64,000 nt of DNA from Eledone cirrhosa. Its lineage: Eukaryota. The translations under genes were made by a program, and so were the position numbers. The stretch's first letter is position 1. Each line of letters begins with the position of its first letter. The stretch spans positions 48,298,001 to 48,362,000 of the forward strand of contig OZ024750.1 of NCBI GenBank assembly GCA_964016885.1. The letters are read 5' to 3'. The notes below the pieces were generated by a model. That model was not told the origin of the DNA. It saw nothing but the letters and a program-made list of their open reading frames with translations, and did not search any database. Positions 56,930-64,000 of the stretch are shown in pieces.

Positions 56930-59900
56930 CGTTGGTTGGGGAGTGGAGGTATGTGTTGGCGGTGTTGATGAAGTATGGAGTTGCGTCGTGTGGCGGTGGT
57001 GGTGGTGTTGTGAGCGACAAAAAAAATACAAGATCGAACGGTGCGATGGGTTACCGGTTAAAAGGTGACATAGGGAACGCGGGGGAGAAGAGTTTATGGA
57101 CGTATGGCGATGTGTTGTGGTGGTGGTGGTGGTGGTGGTACTGGGATGATATCTTCGACAAGATGATTACATGATCAGAAGTTACGGTGTGTTACAGGGT
57201 AAGGCAGACTGGGAGGGGATATAATACAGTCGATCTGTGAGCGAGGGATAATATGTGTTGATGATACTAATGATGTTAATGATTGTTGAAGTATGTGGAT
57301 GTATCTAGTGGTGGCGGTGGTTGTGTGTGCGTGCGACAGTACATTTACAGGGTCGAATTTAGCGTGGGGTTGTAGGTAAGGGAAGACAGAGGGAACATGG
57401 GGGGATAAGGTTGTAGGTGTGTATGGTAGACATATGACGATATGTGGTGTGGTGGTAGTGGCGATGGTGTGATATGATCGACATTGTATTTACAAGATCC
57501 CTTGTTATTATGGATTGTAAGGTAAAACCTATTATAGGAGACCGATCTAATACGATGTTGCAACGATGAGGGTGTATGGTGATGTGAATTTTGGTGGGGG
57601 TGATGTATGCGGTATGATATACAAATGCGGGCTTAGAAATGGTTACATGTAGTACAATAAAATAAGTTCACTGAGATGAGCGATGGTGAGACGGGGTAGA
57701 GGTGGTTATTAATATGCTGGGTCATGGTTAGTGTGATTTTTGGTGTGGGTGATGTATGCGGCATGATATACAAAATACGGGTTTACAGATGGTTACATGC
57801 AATACAATAAAATAAGATAAAATAAAATAAAATTAAAATTAAAATTAAAATTAAAATTAATAAATTCGTTGAGATGGGCGATGGTGATACGGGGCAGATG
57901 TGGTTATTATTATGGTGGGTCATGGTTAGTGCGTGGCCCTCCCCCGAATATTTGTGCAGAAAAAGGTGTTCATCCTGGTGTGTCTGCAATTGACAATTAT
58001 GTCCGACCTATAGTTTATGGCGGATTTTAATTTAATTATTTCCCCGCCTCAGACATGGCATAATCTGCAGTGGTTTCTGTCACTGGGAATATATGCCACG
58101 CGTCTTGTCAATGACCATGAAATCTGGGGTTCAATATTCCTCTCCTTGAGGTCCCAGATCAAGTAGGCCAGTTTGGTTTGGGGTCGTTTCAGTCTATGTT
58201 TGAAGGAGCTTCTGTGGTTATACCAGCGCTCATTAAACGTAGTGGATGTCGCACCTATATATGAGTACTCCTTATTGCCGGCTGTGACATCACACCGGCA
58301 AACAATATTCTTAACGAGGCACTCCCCGTTTAGTGGGCATTCGTCCCGTTTTTTGCAGTTGCAGTTGGGTGTAACCGGTGTGGTGGCACGTTGGTGGTTG
58401 GTGTCATTCGGTGTGGGTGTGGTGTGTGGGTTGGTGTGTTGTGTTGTGTGTGTGGTTTCGTTCTGGATTGTGGTGGTGGTTTGTTGCGGGTAAACCATGT
58501 GTTTTCGTATTTTTGCCCTATTAATGTGTGCTATTGTGTGGCCTAGGTTTGGTGCTGTGGAGGAAGAGAATTTTACGGTGTGTCTATTGAAGAGCTTGTG
58601 GTATTTGTGTGTGCGTGGAAAAGATTGTTCGAGAGCCCTGAAGAAGGTTCCCGGTATGTTAGTGGCGACGTGTATAGAAAAGGGGGAGTTATACCATGTG
58701 ACAGGTCTACTTCGGTTTATGCGGTGTTTAGTGAGGTTTCTGTGGTTGGGTGGTAGTTTGTATGTGTTTTGGTCAGGCGTATGTTTCATAGTGCTTCCAA
58801 GTAATCTATTGGCGTTGTGTATTTTATCTCTATTGGTACGCAAACGTGTGCGATAGTCGGAGTCGTTATTGGGGTTATAGAGTATGGCTTTATCTCCTAG
58901 ACAGTTATGTGTGGTGGTGTCTGCACTGCCGGCTAGGGAGGGTCTTAGGTTATTGTTTGTCCTAGATGTGGATATGTCTTCTATGTTCGTTTCTAAAGGT
59001 CCGGTTATGTTTAGCGGTGTTACGGTTCTATTTGGGTCGATATAAGAAATCTTCTCAGTATAACCAGCGTGTATAAGTTCGGAGGCGTAGTATTCCGCGT
59101 GCTGCTTGAAGATGTTTTCATTAGCCGACAGGGTGGACACTCTGTTGGAGACGCTTTTAACTATTGAGCTAATTATGGTCCTAGGGCGGTTGGAGTGTCT
59201 ATTGACGTATCTAAGATGTTCATTAGGTTTGTGGTATGGACGGTAGAGGCCTGAGTCTAATTCTAGGGTGACCTCTAAAAAGTTAACTGTCCTATTGTTA
59301 AGTTCGATTTCTACTGCTAAACTTGGGTCTTAAATATGTACCTAAGTCGTTTGTGTAGTCTATTTAATTGGCTATTATTAAGTCCACGTGTCAATAGTAA
59401 AGCATCATCCCGGTATAAGCCACCGCCCAAGGAGGGGATCTCGTCTGTTAATATATTTAGGAGGTATATGCCTACTACATCTGTAACCTGCGCGGAGTCA
59501 GTCAATGCCATGGTGATGTCGAAGCTATCTCGTCTATTCTGTCGTTCCCACAATATTCCGTCAAATTCTAGTAAAGTTTTGCTAGCTGTTATTATTATGT
59601 CCACTTCTTTTCTAGTGAGGCTTGATGTTTTCATGGCTGAGATCAGTGCCTTGTTAAGGATGATTGGGGATATAGATGCGTAGTAGTTCGTAATCTCCAA
59701 TTGGACTAATCGAACATTCGACTTAGTTTCAATGGCACAAAACCAGTCTATTACATCCTTTGTACAAGACCATAGGCTGAGTTTAGTTCTAATCCTAAGT
59801 TCAGGTATAATTCGGTCAATGATTGATTTACTAAGTCTACCTAGGTCCGATTTGGAAGGGGCTATGAGCCTGACCGGTAGCTTTGACTGGAAGTCCGGTT

Positions 59901-60835
59901 TATGGTCTTTAATGGATAGTCTCTTTGTCCTAGGGTTGTAAGGATAGGTCCTGTCGTCAATACTCAGTTCGGTCATTATTGTTTTCGCTTGTTTGTTAAT
60001 ATGTGCTAGGTTTTCTCGTGTTGATGTTTTGTATATTTTAGCGTAATTTTAGTTTGTAATGCATTTATTGTAGGTTTTGTACTCCAAATTATATAGGTTT
60101 CCTGTTTTATCAGCTGGTACGATAATGACAGTGCTATTCTTGATCTTTTTTATGGTTGAGGCGAGCCAGACAGGAATGCACATCTGTCAGGGTTTCGCGG
60201 TGGTTTCCTGAATCTAATTTCCTGAATCTAATTGATCCTGCTCTCAAATCCATCTAGGAGTGGGTTGTGCGGTGGGTTTTTCGTTGATTTAAAAAATCTT
60301 TTTATGTGGTTGGTGGCATTGTCAATTGAACCAGGGGCCCTCCTGTTGTTGTAGTGGTAGCCCCTCCAACGGATCCTCCTGATGAAATTATTAGTCGCTT
60401 TAGTAATAGGTCCATGTAGACATCTTCCGAAGGTATAGGAATGTCCTTTAGGGAGGAAGTGTTGTAGAACAATTCCATGGTGTTCCAGGTAAGCGCTCGA
60501 CAAAGAAAGGAGCAAAATATCCAGGGGTGTTTAGGTTAACGTCTGTGATGAGGTGTAGAGCTATACAGAGTGTAATATATTGAAAGGATAACAAGGACGA
60601 TTGATTATTCCTTCATTGCATTTATTGATAGGTGACGCGCGTTTCGCCACTGATCAGCTCAAGGTTCGATCTATATCGATCCTACCCGACTCAATAATCG
60701 GCAGCTCGACGGACCCTCTTAAAATGCTATACTGAAATGTAATACTTGCTATGTGGTAAAGATAGAGTTTCAAGAGTTTGACAACATGAGTTGTTTTGAT
60801 TGGTGGGAAGGATCAAGGCGATGTGCTGGCCTGTA

Positions 60836-60840
<5 letters not shown>
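56930..60840 (-). mobile_element. Third, more divergent Naiad-type PLE, disrupted; 5' hammerhead at 60631-60715
   Basis: FIRRIRW, IKDHK, RLIAPSKSDLG, GLYRDD, CNC..CPL..C and YIG in ORFs 60228-60515, 59317-59976 and 58049-59140. Confidence 0.9.
60631..60715 (-). ncRNA. Hammerhead-like motif, CCGTCGA core, long stem II
   Basis: ggt-CCGTCGA-gctgc...gtggc-GAAAC-gcgc-GTC-acc, then AATAAA. Confidence 0.65.
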
Positions 60841-60878
<38 letters not shown>

Positions 60879-61392
60879 ATAATACATATATACACACGTA
60901 ATACACACATATACATACACACATATATACACGCATACGCAAGCACAAATATAGATATATGTGCACACACCTACATACGCACACACACAATTAATTATAA
61001 GAAAAAAATATAATAATAAAAATACCGTCACATGAGAAGAAAAAATAAATGTAAAAATTATTATAAAGTTGACAGCGAAACACGCAACAAATAAATGAAC
61101 AAACACACGTGGTAAGCAATACACACAATTGCACATACACATACATACATAAAAATAAATGCATACACACACACACATACATATATATACACATACATAC
61201 ACATACACATATACATACACACGCACACACACACATATATATATATATACACACACATATACATACCTACATATACACACACACATACATACAAATACAT
61301 ACACACACATGTATGTGTGTAAAACTCATTCTTAGTTGTATTCATTGAACCTTTTTTAACTCTGAAATATATATATATATGTATATACACAT

Positions 61393-61499
<107 letters not shown>

Positions 61500-61539
61500 C
61501 ACACACACATATATAAGAAAATACATAAATATTATATAT

Positions 61540-62230
61540 AAATACAAATAAATTATTGAGAATCGGAACTTCGGCCCACGAAATAACGAAAAACAATCTT
61601 CGAAATGTGCGGCAAAGTGCTCAATGGTTTGGATAAACCAGAGCTACAACTAACGTTTAATACCAACACACTGAGACGATGCTTAAACAAACATTCGCAC
61701 AGCCAAAAATTCGATCAAGTAATTCAGGTCAAACAAATAAAAATATATATGATTGAAAAATTTACCCGGAGCTCCTGGAAAGATGGTAAAATCCAGCATT
61801 TGGGTTTCTGCGGCTCCTAAATCAGGTACCGTCCGCCTACATAACAAATGTCCGGCTTCTGGTAAGATGATGAACAAGGTAATCGCTTTTTCAACAGGCC
61901 TTTAGTTCAATAATACAGGGGAAGACCCTTACTAAAACCACGTGGGGATCAGCAAGGGAGGCAACACCTATATTAGGCGAATGAATTCAGTTGTGTATAT
62001 TATTGTAATAATACAAAATAACACAAATCGAATTAGAGTTCTAAAGAGAAGGGTTAAAGTTAACATGAGCTATTCATCAGTCAATAGGATCAACTAAAAA
62101 ATCAATAAAATTAACTGATCAACATCTAGAATCTGGAGATAAATACAAATAAATTATCGAGAATCGGAACATCGGGCCACGAAATAACGAAAAACAATCA
62201 TCGAAATGTGCGGCAAATTGCTAAAAATGT
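61540..62230. repeat. Unclassified element with ~85-bp direct repeats about 600 bp apart
   Basis: gagaatcggaac...cacgaaataacgaaaaacaatc...cgaaatgtgcggcaaa at ~61558 and ~62159. Confidence 0.7.
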
Positions 62231-62715
62231 GAAAGGGGTAAACAAATAGTTGGGAATACGATAAATAATAAATAAATAAATAATTAGTAAAGGGTATAAA
62301 TTTGTATAGCTGATATAGAGAACGCAACAAGTTCCTGGAGCAAATGATCAATGAAAATAAGCATTCAATCACAGTATGTAATTATGCATATACATACATA
62401 TATACATACATATATATACAGACACATACACACACAACCATACAGATATATACACATATAGATACATACACATACATATACATATGTATATACATATAGG
62501 AAAAAGTATGACCCCGACGGCAGAGCTCGAGCCGTTACTGAGGCTATTATATATATACACACATAAACAATTATATAAAAATACACATATACACACACCC
62601 ACACATATCTACAAAAAGTAACGCCACCACCTTAATAAAAATACACACACACAATTATAAAAAACACACGCACACACAGATATATATATTTATATATACA
62701 CATACATATACATAC

Positions 62716-62841
<126 letters not shown>

Positions 62842-62846
62842 GTATG

Positions 62847-62922
<76 letters not shown>

Positions 62923-62927
62923 CATAA

Positions 62928-63335
<408 letters not shown>

Positions 63336-63370
63336 AACAAAGAAGCCTTCAATTCAACAAACACTTTTAT

Positions 63371-63415
63371 TTGCTGACAATGTTTCGTCCCATTAATAAG
63401 GACTCATCAGAGCAA
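63371..63415 (-). ncRNA. Canonical type I hammerhead ribozyme
   Basis: ttgct-CTGATGA-gtcc ttattaatg ggac-GAAAC-att-GTC-agcaa, overlapping and followed by AATAAA. Confidence 0.92.
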
Positions 63416-64000
63416 TGAAAAAGACAAGAAGTATTAACGGCCAGAACAAGCCAACACTCAGAAGAACAGTTAATGGTTATTTATGAAAAGTTGGGAAAAT
63501 TATCATGGAAAGACATGCTAAATCTAATAGGGTGCATTTGTAAATAAAGACTATAGGGCAAGAGAGCAGGCAAGACATTAACCAAACCCACGTTAAAAGT
63601 ACAATATAAGTCTAATACTAGAAATACAACATGGTATTACACTGTGAGAATTATAATATACAATACAATACAATAGATAATACAGAAATAAAACTTAATA
63701 TATATATATATATATATATACATCCACACCCACTCTGACATATATATACACATTTACACATACACATCATAACACGAATATAAATATAAGCATTATAATA
63801 GAATAATCACCCTGACGGTGTGATTAAACAATACCAAAATCAATGAAAATAATATATTGACATTAAAAAATATATAAAAATTCATCCTACGTATCATGTA
63901 AAGTCAACTAAATGTGTATAAAAATATAATGTATTTCACAGGGTAAATAATAATAATAATACCATATAATAATATAAAGTCTGGTGGAAAAATATATATA

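Noticed and set aside
57585-57932. ~150-bp direct duplication in the third Naiad 3' UTR as a pLTR
   Set aside because: It does not match the element's 5' region and has no ribozyme, so it is a local tandem duplication.
58049-58070. TGA after CRLCHV as a selenocysteine codon, as reported for some Naiad elements
   Set aside because: A 1-nt frameshift restores CRLC-MSE, matching CNLC-ILE of the intact copy. The TGA is not at a conserved Cys, and the 795-aa ORF has no in-frame TGA.
62020-62090. Hammerhead from minus-strand ctgatga at ~62074-62080
   Set aside because: No downstream GAAA or stem III could be found.

Overview
AT-rich, repeat-saturated animal genomic DNA with no confidently identifiable host gene. 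Long (TA)n arrays plus the tRNA-SINE family suggest a coleoid cephalopod such as octopus, which is an inference. Most listed ORFs are (YI)n/(TH)n microsatellite artefacts. The real content is Penelope-like retroelements (PLEs). There is one near-intact Naiad-type element (37610-42422, minus strand) with RT + GIY-YIG, direct pseudo-LTRs and a 5' inverted pLTR. Two disrupted relatives lie at 43691-47440 and about 56930-60840, and a second PLE family is present in three copies. Decayed R4/RLE-type and RTE-type LINEs and tRNA-SINEs also occur. The main hidden signal is about 30 type I hammerhead-ribozyme-like motifs, found by eye, in roughly ten sequence families. Several sit in non-coding tandem units of about 318, 422 and 540 bp that resemble retrozymes. 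They include recurrent non-canonical cores (UUGAUAA with a compensatory U3:A8 pair; CCGAAGA), are often followed by AATAAA, and are associated with long fold-back palindromes inserted in (TA)n tracts.
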